In this document: positions 38,821-49,085 of the stretch, piece by piece
Layout of the letters: every line of letters begins with the position of its first letter
Position numbering within the stretch: the stretch's first letter is position 1
NCBI GenBank assembly: GCA_965199825.1
Contig: OZ241329.1
Span: 2,656,001-2,720,000, forward strand
Source: Bdellovibrionales bacterium
Lineage (GTDB): Bacteria > Bdellovibrionota > Bdellovibrionia > Bdellovibrionales > UBA1609
Length of the DNA stretch: 64,000 nucleotides
Direction: 5' to 3'
Notes under the pieces: generated by a model
The model's database searches: none
The model's input: only the letters and a program-made list of their open reading frames with translations
What the model was told of the DNA's origin: nothing
Made by a program: the position numbers and the translations under genes

Positions 38821-41211
38821 TTATTTAAAGAGAATGTAGACCCCACTCGACCCACCGACCTGGCCACAATCGAGCATTGATGATCGCAGCACCAATGAAG
38901 TTCCCACTGGAACCTTTTCGGTCAAATCAATGGGTGGCACATTTGCCGATCCCGCATCGGCAAAGGATTGGAATTGGATTGGCGTATTTGAAAGCCGAAT
39001 CGTTCCATCTGATAGGCGCGAATCGCCAGTGCCGTAGCCCAAAAGATCGAGCGAGTAGAGGCTCTGCAATTCAACAAACAAAAAGTTGTCTACCGCGATA
39101 GGGCTTTTTCCTTGAGGGTCGCTGCTCAACACCACTTGACGAGTTCCGACAAGATCAAAACCAATTTCTTTACTTGCCATCACTCGGGGGTGCGGTGTTT
39201 GACCGTCGTGGTTCGCCGCCAACATATCATTTCGCATTGGCGAAAATAACTCTGAGCTTACGGTCGAAACAGAATCAGTTAACTTTTTATAATAACAAGT
39301 CCCACGACCGTCACGTGCAGGCACATCAAAGTCTGTGGCGGTAATCTCGACATACTTCTGACACGTAGTCACTGGAGCCGCACATGGATTTTGTACTGTC
39401 GATGGAAGCACAAAGTTTTTAGCGCCAAGGATTTTCCATCCTGAGCTCATCATCTTCTGCATTGGGTCTGTCATTTGACCATTTGAGTAGAAAACGTTAT
39501 CGCCCACTTGGCCACACATTGTGACAGAATCATTATCGTAAGAAGAACATGAACCACCGCGAGCCACTTTTCTCCACATCAAAGTAAGAGCAATATAATT
39601 TCGTGGTCCTTGATAATACTTCAATTCAAAAGGCAATTTTTGACCGCGTTTTAATCTTACAGTGGTAGGAGCACAAGCCATTGCTGAGGAATGCAAACCA
39701 TCACTCGAAATCAGAGTTTGCAGTTTTCCTTTTTTATCAGCCACTGACAAAACAGCTCCGTCATCCGAGATCATTGCAAGTTCGTAATCACCTTCTTGGT
39801 CGGTGTCTGAAAGGGCGAGTTGACTCTTCAAATCAAGCGCAAACCACTCAACCATTAAATTTCCGTTGGCATCTTTAAGTTTTGTGCCGTCGGTTGCGGT
39901 AAAGCCTTGATCAAAGTTGATTGTGGGAATTGAGATCGTGTTCAAAAATAAATTCGAAGTGACCTCTTTACCTTGAGTGAGCATCGAATCCACACTGCCC
40001 GCAATCGCTTCACTTCCTAAAATCACACGACCTTGAATTCCATTGGCCACAGAGATCGGTTGCGAATTGCCGTCACAAACTACGGGTGCAGATTGCGAAG
40101 GATTAGGAACCGGCTGTGCCGAAACGGTTGGGTCAGGTTGTGGAGTTGCGGTTGGCGATGGAGTAGGAATAGGGTCTGCACTCACAGTGGGTGAAGGTTG
40201 TGGTACTGGATCTGCGCTCACACTTGGTGTGGGAGTAGGATCAGCACTGACACTTGGAGTTGGTGTAGGATCTGCACTGACAGTGGGCGAAGGTGTAGGT
40301 TGTGGTGGAACATACTGAGTTGAACAGATATTTGTCGCACCTGAAGGCAAAATAAAATTCTGTGGCGCGATCGCTTGCCAGCCACGCAGTAAAAGATTGT
40401 TGTAAGCATTCATCGGCGCACTTGGGCTTTGAGTCGCATCCCAAAATGCAGAATCACCGGTCATGCCGCACAAAGGATCGCGGTTGGTGTCTGAATTGTC
40501 TGTGCTGACTTTTCTCCATAAAAGAGTCAAAGCCACATGAGCTTCATTAGTTTGATACCATTTGATATTTAAAGGCACCATCAAACCGTGAGTCATGTTC
40601 ACCACAAGAGATGAGCAAGCAAGGCGAGATTGATGTAAACCATCGTTATTTACAACAACGGTGGCTTGTCCGTTAATACCAAGATTGAGGATTGATCCAT
40701 CTTCAGAGATCAGCGCGAATTGGTAAAGACCTTCGGCATCGGCATCTTGAAGTTTTAATTGGCTATTGAGATCGAGCGCAATGTTTTGAGTCACCGGGCT
40801 GCCCGACGCATCCACCACCGCTTGGCCGGAGCTATTGATAAAGCCCCCGCTAAATGAAGTGGTCGGAATGTTTAACGAGCTAAAATAAACATTAGAGCTC
40901 AGTGACTGCCCGTTACTGATCATGGTTAAGGCTGAACCATTTTGTGAGGAGCTTGCGGTATAGAGGCTTCCCTTCAAACCAAAATTTGTTCCCTGAGAGA
41001 CTGCGACGGGGTCGCAGATAATGTTTGGATCGGTAGATCCAAAAGTTGAAATCGGTGTTCCAATTCCACCTTGGTTGATCGTGCTTGTCGCCGCAACCGC
41101 AGATGAAAAGTTAGAACTCTGATCTGGCGGATTGCTAGATCCCTTACTTGTACAGCCGGCCATAACGACCGCACTTGATATAAACATAATGACTTGATTT
41201 AAACGTCCCAT
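38821..41211 (-). CDS. Lipoprotein with two PA14-like domains separated by a Pro/Thr/Ser-rich linker
   Basis: Start reassigned to ATG 41211 (GGAGG RBS); lipobox 'MAGC'; duplicated 'YQFALISEDGSIL...NNDGLH...LTLLW' and 'YELAMISDDGAVL...SSDGLH...YYQGP...LTLMW'. Confidence 0.75.
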   Translation of the reverse strand: MGRLNQVIMFISSAVVMAGCTSKGSSNPPDQSSNFSSAVAATSTINQGGIGTPISTFGSTDPNIICDPVAVSQGTNFGLKGSLYTASSSQNGSALTMISNGQSLSSNVYFSSLNIPTTSFSGGFINSSGQAVVDASGSPVTQNIALDLNSQLKLQDADAEGLYQFALISEDGSILNLGINGQATVVVNNDGLHQSRLACSSLVVNMTHGLMVPLNIKWYQTNEAHVALTLLWRKVSTDNSDTNRDPLCGMTGDSAFWDATQSPSAPMNAYNNLLLRGWQAIAPQNFILPSGATNICSTQYVPPQPTPSPTVSADPTPTPSVSADPTPTPSVSADPVPQPSPTVSADPIPTPSPTATPQPDPTVSAQPVPNPSQSAPVVCDGNSQPISVANGIQGRVILGSEAIAGSVDSMLTQGKEVTSNLFLNTISIPTINFDQGFTATDGTKLKDANGNLMVEWFALDLKSQLALSDTDQEGDYELAMISDDGAVLSVADKKGKLQTLISSDGLHSSAMACAPTTVRLKRGQKLPFELKYYQGPRNYIALTLMWRKVARGGSCSSYDNDSVTMCGQVGDNVFYSNGQMTDPMQKMMSSGWKILGAKNFVLPSTVQNPCAAPVTTCQKYVEITATDFDVPARDGRGTCYYKKLTDSVSTVSSELFSPMRNDMLAANHDGQTPHPRVMASKEIGFDLVGTRQVVLSSDPQGKSPIAVDNFLFVELQSLYSLDLLGYGTGDSRLSDGTIRLSNTPIQFQSFADAGSANVPPIDLTEKVPVGTSLVLRSSMLDCGQVGGSSGVYILFK
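40104..40309 (-). repeat. Coding tandem repeat (~30-36 bp units, PTPS(PT)VSAD)
   Basis: Several degenerate copies encoding 'VSADPTPTPS' in the PA14 protein linker. Confidence 0.85.
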
Positions 41212-41561
41212 TTTCCCCTCCCCAGGGTTTGCACAATCCTCAAGTTGCAATCTGTTTGTCTGATTCAGTCGGTTGATGATGAGGAAATCCCCATAAACCG
41301 CAGACAACTTAGTCGATCATCAACTTTTGGACATTTTTTGCCACTTCAAACTGTCTCACCTTAAGAAAAACCAGCTAGAAATACCAAAACTTTGGTCTAT
41401 AATCATTTAAGTTTAGTCGTTTGACGCGCCGATTTTTAAGTAAGTGATCAACTCTTTTTCAACCCAATCATTTCTCTTTAGAATACTTTTTGTACCATCG
41501 CTCGCAAGCCTTTGGTCTTGACAGATTTGGCAACTTCTAGCTTTAAAGGCTTTTTGAGGGG

Positions 41562-42776
41562 TTGCTAATGTTCAATGTTTTAAAGATGTGTTTGATCCTG
41601 TTGTGTTTGAATAGTTCAGCCACTGTGCTGTCTGAGCTTTTACCGTATCACAGCTATTATTTTATCAAGCCCGTCTCCGAGGATGCTTATCAATTTGAGA
41701 TTTGGCTCCATCGCGGTAAAGAAGTGACACGTGCTTTTGTTGCAATCAAAGATCTAAAAGGCATTGCAGATCTCAAATTGACATCCTTTCGTGAGACTAT
41801 CGCTAGACTCGACCCGCCACCTGAAGAGGTTATGGATTTTACCAAACGAATTTCAAATCCTGAAATTAAACAGGTTGTGAACGCCCTCTATGATAAAATT
41901 AAGACGCTCATTCCAGGTACAACATTATATGATGTCATTTATCGTGGGCGCTTTAAAGAAATCCGAATTCATGAGGTGATCGCCTATAGCCCCGAGGGCT
42001 CTGAAAAAAGAGTCGGCATCCGATCGACTCAAGATTTTAAAGTGACTGCCCGCGGGATTGAAGCCTCATCGAATTTGTCACTGGCTGAGCCCTTAGGCTT
42101 TGATCAGGATCTTTTAAATCAGACATCGCTAATCGATTTTGTATTGCCCTCTGAGGTTGAGGGTTCGAGTTTATTTGCTCCTCATCATGATGGGGAGACT
42201 TCAAGTCATCACAACGCATATGAAAATCTGCTCAACGCAATTTTTGAAGCGGTCTTTACACCGTCTCAAACAGAGTCATCACTTCAAAAGCAATTTGAAA
42301 AAATCAAGTCTGACCAAGGGAGTTCGGCCAAACAGCTCAAGCAATTTTTTTCGTTTAGCTTCCATGTTGTTGGATATGCACGATCTTCAACTGATGTGAT
42401 CGGTGCAACGGTCAATTCTGCAATTGCGGCCCAAGATATTATCCAAAACTCTATTTATTTAGTGCGGCGCATTCCTCAGATGGGAATTGAAGTGACGATC
42501 TCTGGGGGCAAAGACGATTTTCGTGTGAGAGTGTCTCAAGATGAGTCAACTCAAATGGCCGAATACAAGCTTAAGCTTTCCAATCCGATAACGGATTCTA
42601 TTATTTATGGTCCGATTTATTTAGTTTCAAAAGACCACACCCAAGCCCAACACGAATTTGATTTCGCTGGCCCGCATCCTTTTCGATTGATTCATGTTGA
42701 GATTAATCAAGACATGCCTGTTTTAATTAAGACTGGATTAGTCCTAAAGGACTCCTGTTCTTCGGCTCTAAAGTAA
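41562..42776 (+). CDS. Hypothetical secreted protein
   Basis: 404-aa ORF with a signal-peptide-like N-terminus; ends 'DSCSSALK'. Confidence 0.65.
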   Translation: MLMFNVLKMCLILLCLNSSATVLSELLPYHSYYFIKPVSEDAYQFEIWLHRGKEVTRAFVAIKDLKGIADLKLTSFRETIARLDPPPEEVMDFTKRISNPEIKQVVNALYDKIKTLIPGTTLYDVIYRGRFKEIRIHEVIAYSPEGSEKRVGIRSTQDFKVTARGIEASSNLSLAEPLGFDQDLLNQTSLIDFVLPSEVEGSSLFAPHHDGETSSHHNAYENLLNAIFEAVFTPSQTESSLQKQFEKIKSDQGSSAKQLKQFFSFSFHVVGYARSSTDVIGATVNSAIAAQDIIQNSIYLVRRIPQMGIEVTISGGKDDFRVRVSQDESTQMAEYKLKLSNPITDSIIYGPIYLVSKDHTQAQHEFDFAGPHPFRLIHVEINQDMPVLIKTGLVLKDSCSSALK

Positions 42777-42793
42777 CTGCGACTTATCAAGTC

Positions 42794-42814
42794 AGGTGAC
42801 TATTCTTGTCACCT
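42794..42814 (+). terminator. Hairpin downstream of the hypothetical gene (possible terminator)
   Basis: AGGTGAC-N7-GTCACCT; no strong U-tract. Confidence 0.35.
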
Positions 42815-42871
42815 CTGAAAACAAATTTAAGCCTGCATTGACCTGCTGAACGCTTATGTCGGTTTAGACCG

Positions 42872-42886
42872 TGGCACTCCTATTGC
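42872..42886 (+). promoter_or_regulatory. sigma54 (-24/-12) promoter of the Agl-Glt-like operon
   Basis: TGGCACTCCTATTGC matches TGGCAC-N5-TTGC, 85 nt upstream of the ATG. Confidence 0.75.
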
Positions 42887-42971
42887 GATACCCATGTTGT
42901 TGAAGAGTTTTAATTAAGCTTTGCCGCTTTAAAACGATCTCGTTCTGAAGCGCTAATAACAGGAGTTCGAA

Positions 42972-43670
42972 ATGGAAGCCCATACTGGAATGATCTCAGG
43001 TCTCGCACAAGCCTTCGTAGATGGCGGCTTTTGGATGTGGATGATTTTACTAACTCATATTGCATCGATTGCGATCATTGCTGAGCGCATCTCGGCTCTA
43101 TATTTGACGAAGTCATTAGGCCAAAAAGATTTAGCAAAAGGTTTTGAAGAAGACATTAAACGTGGTCGCTTAGAAACAGCTTTGAGCAAAGCTCAAGCAA
43201 TCTCAGCCTCACAACCCATCGGTGCAGTTATCGCTGCAGGGACTCAAGTTGCGATGGACATGGGCGGACGAGAAGAAATCCAAGCGAAAATGGATGAGAT
43301 CTTGAGCGTTGAGAATTCAAAGCTTGAGCGACGTACCGGATTCCTTGCGATGCTTGGAAACGTTGGACCCTTGCTCGGATTATTGGGAACAATTCTCGGT
43401 TTGATACAAGCGTTCTCGGCTGTGACAAACGTCAACGCTGCTGATCGCGCTGTGAAGTTAACCCAAGGTATTGCTCTTGGTATGAACACAACAGCTTACG
43501 GTTTGATCATGGCGATCCCTTCACTTATCGCTTACGCGATCTTTGTTAACCGCCAACAGCGCTTACAAGAAGATTTGAATCAAGCTGCAGTAAAAGTTTT
43601 TAACTGGCTCAGCTTTAACTACGAAGTTGTTCCTCAGCGCGCTACTCGTAGCTCAACTAAAAAAGTTTAA
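42972..43670 (+). CDS. MotA/TolQ/ExbB proton-channel protein (AglR-like)
   Basis: 'LAMLGNVGPLLGLLGTILGLIQAF', 'GIALGMNTTAYGLIMAIP'. Confidence 0.92.
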   Translation: MEAHTGMISGLAQAFVDGGFWMWMILLTHIASIAIIAERISALYLTKSLGQKDLAKGFEEDIKRGRLETALSKAQAISASQPIGAVIAAGTQVAMDMGGREEIQAKMDEILSVENSKLERRTGFLAMLGNVGPLLGLLGTILGLIQAFSAVTNVNAADRAVKLTQGIALGMNTTAYGLIMAIPSLIAYAIFVNRQQRLQEDLNQAAVKVFNWLSFNYEVVPQRATRSSTKKV

Positions 43671-43678
43671 GGTGATTT

Positions 43679-44131
43679 ATGCGTCACAAACCAGAAATGA
43701 ATTTTGAAATTAACTTGTTACCGATGATCGATATTCTCTCTGTCTGTATTAGCTTTTTGCTCTTTGCAACAGTTTGGCTACACATCGGTACCTTTAATAC
43801 AAAGCAAGCTCTGGGCACGGATGGCGCAGAGACGGCAAAAAATCCGCCGTCACTTTGGGTGCAGTTTCAAGAAAACGGCACTGTTGAACTGACTTTGAAA
43901 GATGCAGCACAAGCGCCAAAACAACTTCAGCGCTTAGTGCTCTCAAGTCGCGGTGGACATGTAGATGCTCAAGGTCTTGAGCAGTTTACATCGCAACTCA
44001 AAAGCCAACTTCCAACTTTGGATGTAGCTCTTGTGATGCCCACAGCGAAATCGGCTTACGAAGATGTGATTACAGTGATGGATACTTTGAAAAAACGCGA
44101 CGTGAAACAAATCGGCATTGCGCCCTTGTAA
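43679..44131 (+). CDS. ExbD/TolR family protein (AglQ/AglS-like)
   Basis: 'EINLLPMIDILSV' with the conserved TM Asp; 'YEDVITVMD'. Confidence 0.88.
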   Translation: MRHKPEMNFEINLLPMIDILSVCISFLLFATVWLHIGTFNTKQALGTDGAETAKNPPSLWVQFQENGTVELTLKDAAQAPKQLQRLVLSSRGGHVDAQGLEQFTSQLKSQLPTLDVALVMPTAKSAYEDVITVMDTLKKRDVKQIGIAPL

Positions 44132-44137
44132 GAGGAA

Positions 44138-44638
44138 ATGAAAATGCAAACGCTCGAAACACAACATTTAAACTCTGAGATTGATAACGGATCGATCCTT
44201 GGTTCACAGTCCACTCTTAAACCTAAAGGGTTTAAAGTCGAAAAACCAATGGCAACCGTCCTTAACTTAACCTCACTGATCGATGCTTTTACCATTCTTG
44301 TGAGCTATTTATTAATGGCTGCAAGTATCGGTTTAGAAACCATCGATATGCCAAAAGATATGCAGCTTCCAAACGCTGCAAAGAGTGACGTCCTTGAAAG
44401 AGGAATCGTTATTCGTATCACAGACAACCAATATTTTATCGATGATAAGCCAGTGGCAATGGATCAAATGGGTCCACAACTCGCAGAATTGAAAAAATCT
44501 GTTGGAGCTGACAAGCCAGTGATCATCCAAGCTGATCGCCGCACTAACTTTATGCAAATCAACCCGATTGTTCTTTCAGGACTTCAAGCCGGTTTTGCTC
44601 AGATTCGTTTCGCAGTTAAACAGGAGGATTCAAATTGA
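44138..44638 (+). CDS. ExbD/TolR family protein (AglQ/AglS-like)
   Basis: 'LNLTSLIDAFTILVSYLL' with the conserved Asp; 'IIQADR', 'AGFAQIRFAV'. Confidence 0.88.
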   Translation: MKMQTLETQHLNSEIDNGSILGSQSTLKPKGFKVEKPMATVLNLTSLIDAFTILVSYLLMAASIGLETIDMPKDMQLPNAAKSDVLERGIVIRITDNQYFIDDKPVAMDQMGPQLAELKKSVGADKPVIIQADRRTNFMQINPIVLSGLQAGFAQIRFAVKQEDSN

Positions 44639-47589
44639 AATCCCTCCTCTTAAGCCTAATTTTAAGCACAGGTGTTTCAGCCTTAGCCGATAAAATGGAT
44701 TTATCTGAACACGATCTAGTTATTCAAAAACTAGAGAGTGTTTTGACCAGTGTATCTGATAAACCTGAGACCTTGCGTGGTATTGAAATGCGCTTGGGAG
44801 ATTTGTATTCTGAGCGAGCCCGAATCAAAGCGGTCGAAGAAGGCAATAAGAATTGCGAAAAGTGCGTGGGATCAAAAGATGACCGCGCAAAAGCGATTGG
44901 TTATTATGATTCTGCATTTAACGGAGCAACAGGCGAGCAACAAACAAAGATTTTGCTCCAAAAAGCTCATCTGTTTCAAATTAACGGTGACTTTAATAAA
45001 TCCGAAAGTGTTTACGAAGAGATTATCAAACGTGGTGAAAAAATCACCGACAAACAACTCTTTGGTGAAGCTTTAGCCGGTCGCGGTGAAGCCAACTATC
45101 GCAAAGGCGAATTCTTAAAAGCCAAAAATGATTTCGAAAAAGCTTTAAAATTTCCAATCTCAAAACGTTCATTTATTCGCTATCGCCTCAGCTGGTGTTT
45201 ATTAAACGAAGGCAAAGCGCAACAAGCCAAAACAATTCTTATTGGCATCCTCACTGGCGAAGACAAAATCGATCTGTCATTTAGAAAAGATCTTTCACGT
45301 GACCTTGCAACCTTTTTGGCTCGTGGAACAATCAGCAACTCAGGAATTGATGAGCTCCTCAACAACAGTCCAGACGATGTTAAAAAATCAAATCTGTTTT
45401 ATATGGGTGCCGAAGCCGATCGTCTGTCGAATGCTGCCGGATCACTCCTTGTTTGGAAGCGCTACACAGAACTTGGTAACGTCACTCCCCTTGAAGCTTT
45501 AGAAATCAAAATTCGGGTGACACAAACCCGCCTTGACCAAGGTTTTAAAAAAGAAGCTCTTGAATTGATGGCCGACGCGACAGCTACTTGGAAAAAACAA
45601 GGCTGTAAAGAAGCCGATACCTGTGAAGAATTAAGACTGCGCTTAAGAAACTTTGTTCTCACTTGGAATAAAAAAGAAAAAATCAATCCCTCACCTGAAG
45701 TTCTCACCGCATATGGCATTTATGTGGGCTTGTTTGATCAAGACTACGAAATGATCTATTGGTCAGCCCAACTTGCTAGAAGCAAGAATCAATTGCCTCT
45801 TGCTCTTAAGTACTACCGCCAAAGTGGTGATGTGACCTTTGCTCGCCTCACAGAAAAAAACCTTGATGCTGAAGTGATCAAGGCGATTCAAAAAATTAAA
45901 GAAGGATCACTCCTTTCTGAAATCGAAATTGCTGAATCTTTAAAAGATTTAAACAGCAAAGAATTAAGCTACAATCGCTACCTTAAAATGAACAGCAACG
46001 GCGCAAAAGTTTTTGAAGTGCGCTACCAATTGGCTCATGTTTATTCTGAAAAAGGATTAAACAAAAAAGCCGCTGAATCGTTTTATGATCTTGCTCTTGA
46101 TAAAAACGGCAAACCTGATGATCTTCGTGTGAAATCGGCCGATCTTGCCCTTGATTCCTTGGCACTGTTAAAAGACAACGAAACCTTGGAGCAGTGGGCT
46201 GTTCAGTTCGCAGGCCTCTTTCCAGCCAAAAAATTAGAGTATTTAGGGATCGCTCGTAAAGCCTCGGTCAATCAAGCGGTAAGCATTGCCCAAGATACAC
46301 ATGCTTCGGACGCTCAACTCCGTAAAGCCTTAGAAAAACTCAAAGCCGCCCCACTTCAAGGTGCAACTCTTGAAGAAAAGGTTTTGATTCTTAAAAACCA
46401 AATCGTTGTGGCCGAAAAGTTAAAAGATATTGCTCTTGTTTCGATCGCAAGCTCAGGCCTGTTACATCTGCCAAAACTTTCTAAAGAAGATAAAGAATTC
46501 GCTCTCTCGCGAAAAGTTTGGGTTGCAGAACTTCGCTTGGATTTCAAAGACGCATTTAAGACCGCCAAAACAATGGAAATGAAAGATCTTAAAGCCGATC
46601 AAAAAGCTCTAAGACTGGCCCTTTTAAGCGAACTCAGTGGACAGAATCCAACAAGCTATTACGAGCAAGCTCTTCACCTTACAAAAGAGCGCGAAAAACG
46701 CAGCCTGATCATTGCAAAGATCACCAAGCTTTCAAAAAATCCTTGGCGCACAATGGATCAAAACTTTGCAGAGATCAGCAAGACTCCCCATGTGCTTGCT
46801 CCTTTAACACTCGAAGTGTTTGCAAGATCTCAAGATTATCAAAAACTTGAGCATGTTTTGAAAATCCCAAGTGTTCGATCAACTCCTGCTGGTCAAACTC
46901 TTTCGCGCTACACATTTTTAAAATCCTTTACCGGATTTGAAACCAAGATCTCAAGCCATCGTTTACTTTCTGGTTCGGATCAAACTTTGAATCGCACTTT
47001 GACCGAACGCCTTAAATTGTTGAACGAAGCTGATCGTTGGGCCAACCAAGCCATCCAAAGTAACGATTGGACACTTCAGATTTTGACTCTCAACCGAGTA
47101 GCCAAAGAAAATAATCGGTTGTTTGAGAACTTAACAAAACTTCCAACTCCCAGAAGTTTAAAAAAGGCCGAGCGCGAGCAGTATCAAACTTTATTGCTCC
47201 AAAAAGCTCAGCCATTTCAACAAAAGACTCAATCGGTTGAAACAAAATTGGCAACTCTTTGGAATCAAAGTGGTGTGATCAACCAAATGGTTTCGATCAT
47301 CGCTAAGAGCTCTTCAGAAATTCGTAGTCTTTTGGCTCAAGAAATTTCACGACTCTTAAAAGTATCTCCTGATGATAAAAAATCTTCGCTTCAATCGTTA
47401 CTCGCTGATGCTCATAAGCACCGCGACCATAGCGATCTTCGTGAAGCCACAGCCGATTTAAAACAAAATCCATTTGATGAGAGCCGTATCACTCGACTCA
47501 AAAATCTTGAAGATACCGATGGTTCCCCTGCAATGAGTACTTTTTTAGAAGCTCGATTAACTCAACTTCATCAAGGAGCGATGCGATGA
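44635..47589 (+). CDS. Large periplasmic TPR protein (GltD/AgmU-like)
   Basis: Signal peptide, 'RLGDLYSERAR', many TPR-like helices; follows the Agl-like motor genes. Confidence 0.7.
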   Translation: MKSLLLSLILSTGVSALADKMDLSEHDLVIQKLESVLTSVSDKPETLRGIEMRLGDLYSERARIKAVEEGNKNCEKCVGSKDDRAKAIGYYDSAFNGATGEQQTKILLQKAHLFQINGDFNKSESVYEEIIKRGEKITDKQLFGEALAGRGEANYRKGEFLKAKNDFEKALKFPISKRSFIRYRLSWCLLNEGKAQQAKTILIGILTGEDKIDLSFRKDLSRDLATFLARGTISNSGIDELLNNSPDDVKKSNLFYMGAEADRLSNAAGSLLVWKRYTELGNVTPLEALEIKIRVTQTRLDQGFKKEALELMADATATWKKQGCKEADTCEELRLRLRNFVLTWNKKEKINPSPEVLTAYGIYVGLFDQDYEMIYWSAQLARSKNQLPLALKYYRQSGDVTFARLTEKNLDAEVIKAIQKIKEGSLLSEIEIAESLKDLNSKELSYNRYLKMNSNGAKVFEVRYQLAHVYSEKGLNKKAAESFYDLALDKNGKPDDLRVKSADLALDSLALLKDNETLEQWAVQFAGLFPAKKLEYLGIARKASVNQAVSIAQDTHASDAQLRKALEKLKAAPLQGATLEEKVLILKNQIVVAEKLKDIALVSIASSGLLHLPKLSKEDKEFALSRKVWVAELRLDFKDAFKTAKTMEMKDLKADQKALRLALLSELSGQNPTSYYEQALHLTKEREKRSLIIAKITKLSKNPWRTMDQNFAEISKTPHVLAPLTLEVFARSQDYQKLEHVLKIPSVRSTPAGQTLSRYTFLKSFTGFETKISSHRLLSGSDQTLNRTLTERLKLLNEADRWANQAIQSNDWTLQILTLNRVAKENNRLFENLTKLPTPRSLKKAEREQYQTLLLQKAQPFQQKTQSVETKLATLWNQSGVINQMVSIIAKSSSEIRSLLAQEISRLLKVSPDDKKSSLQSLLADAHKHRDHSDLREATADLKQNPFDESRITRLKNLEDTDGSPAMSTFLEARLTQLHQGAMR

Positions 47590-47855
47590 TTCGCCGAATG
47601 ATACTAATTGCCCTTACTATAGCGGCAACAACTTCGGCGGCCGCAGCGGCGTCGAAGTCAAAAAAACACAAAGCTCTTCCTGAGGGCACAAAGCTCAGCA
47701 CCGACATGCATTTTGATGAGCTCAATGTTCACGGAAAGTACCAAGCCGGTGATGAAGGCTACGCCACTGTTGAAGACGACAAACAATTAAATGATCTGCT
47801 CGATTATCGCAAAGACTATAAGGACCGGCTCTCAAAAAGCCGCTTTCAAAGGTAA
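47586..47855 (+). CDS. Small exported protein (GltF-like)
   Basis: Signal peptide; 'FDELNVHG' and 'LLDYRKDY'; lies directly before the GltG-like gene. Confidence 0.55.
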   Translation: MIRRMILIALTIAATTSAAAAASKSKKHKALPEGTKLSTDMHFDELNVHGKYQAGDEGYATVEDDKQLNDLLDYRKDYKDRLSKSRFQR

Positions 47856-47860
47856 ATAAA

Positions 47861-49075
47861 ATGGCTGAAAAATCTTTTGTATTAGAAAATCGAAATGGCC
47901 AAACTGTCCGAGTGATTCATCTCGAAGACTCAAAAGTCTTGGTGATTTATCGCAAAGACACACGCCGGGTCGAGTTCGTCGAAAATACGGAGCACCTTGA
48001 AGATGGAACCTTTGAAATTCTTCATAGCACCACAGTTTCGGCAATCAAAAAAGAACCCTTGGAAATCGGTAATGCTGGAACATTAAAATATGTTTCTGCG
48101 ATGACCGAATTCCCTCGCGAAGTCGAGCCCACTCAAGAGGATAAACAAAAATTTCCATTGATCCTCAAATGGACCGCGGGCTCAACAGTTTCTGGCCTAG
48201 TTGTTTTGTTTGCAATGTCATGGGTGATTGGTCGCTTTTTTAGCGAAAAGATTCAGCAAGACGTTGTTGTTCAAGTGTTTGAACAGCAAGATTTGCCAAA
48301 AGAACTAAAGAAAACAAAAACGGTTGAGGTTTCTGAAAAGAAAATCAAGCCGCCAGAACATAAGAACGCAAAAGTTGTGAAGACTCCTCTTCGTAAAAAG
48401 ATTGAGGTCACCACAAACAACCATGGAAAAATCCAAGGCCACACAGGCACAAACTTAAATAAAGTGGGCGCACTCGGTGCACTTGGCGGAATGGGCAAAA
48501 ATTTTAACGGCAGCGGCGGACTCAACCTGAATGCCACCAAGAACAATGCCGGCATCGGAATGGGCGGAGTTGCAGCAGCGGGCGGACTTGAAAAAGGAAT
48601 GCTCGGTAAAGGAATGATCGCTGGCGGCATCGGATCAGGCGGAAATCCAAAAGGTTTCGGCGGGTACGGGACTGCAGGTCGCGGTGGCGGCAAGCCCGGT
48701 TACGGAAATATGAGCATGGCCGGATCTTCAGCAGGTTTCTTTGAACCTCTAGGTGAAGAGACACAAGTTGAAGGCGGATTGGATCGCGATCAAATCAATG
48801 CGGTCATCCAACGTCATATCGGTCAAATTATTTATTGTTACGAACAGGGATTACAGACCAAGCCTTCGCTTTCAGGACGAGTGGCTGTGAAATTTGTGAT
48901 CAGTGCTTCAGGCAGTGTGAGTGCGGCCAACGTGTCGAACTCTTCGCTTGGATCAAAGGCTGTTGAATCCTGTGTGGTTGGTAAGTTGCGCGGTTGGCAA
49001 TTTCCAAAACCATCTGGTCACGTCAATGTTCGCGTTATGTATCCCTTCGTTCTCAAACGTTTAAGCCAAGGATAA
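47861..49075 (+). CDS. TonB-like energy transducer with AgmX/PglI C-terminal domain (GltG-like)
   Basis: Cytoplasmic N-domain, single TM, Lys/Gly-rich linker, 'GGLDRDQI..VI...IYCYE..L...PSLSGRV..F.I...VESCV...W.FPKP...V.YPF'. Confidence 0.85.
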   Translation: MAEKSFVLENRNGQTVRVIHLEDSKVLVIYRKDTRRVEFVENTEHLEDGTFEILHSTTVSAIKKEPLEIGNAGTLKYVSAMTEFPREVEPTQEDKQKFPLILKWTAGSTVSGLVVLFAMSWVIGRFFSEKIQQDVVVQVFEQQDLPKELKKTKTVEVSEKKIKPPEHKNAKVVKTPLRKKIEVTTNNHGKIQGHTGTNLNKVGALGALGGMGKNFNGSGGLNLNATKNNAGIGMGGVAAAGGLEKGMLGKGMIAGGIGSGGNPKGFGGYGTAGRGGGKPGYGNMSMAGSSAGFFEPLGEETQVEGGLDRDQINAVIQRHIGQIIYCYEQGLQTKPSLSGRVAVKFVISASGSVSAANVSNSSLGSKAVESCVVGKLRGWQFPKPSGHVNVRVMYPFVLKRLSQG

Positions 49076-49085
49076 GGAGTAAGCC

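Noticed and set aside
41212..41561. Riboswitch (e.g. c-di-GMP) in the PA14 gene leader
   Set aside because: I could not find the conserved GEMM or other riboswitch motifs by eye; an Rfam scan would settle it.
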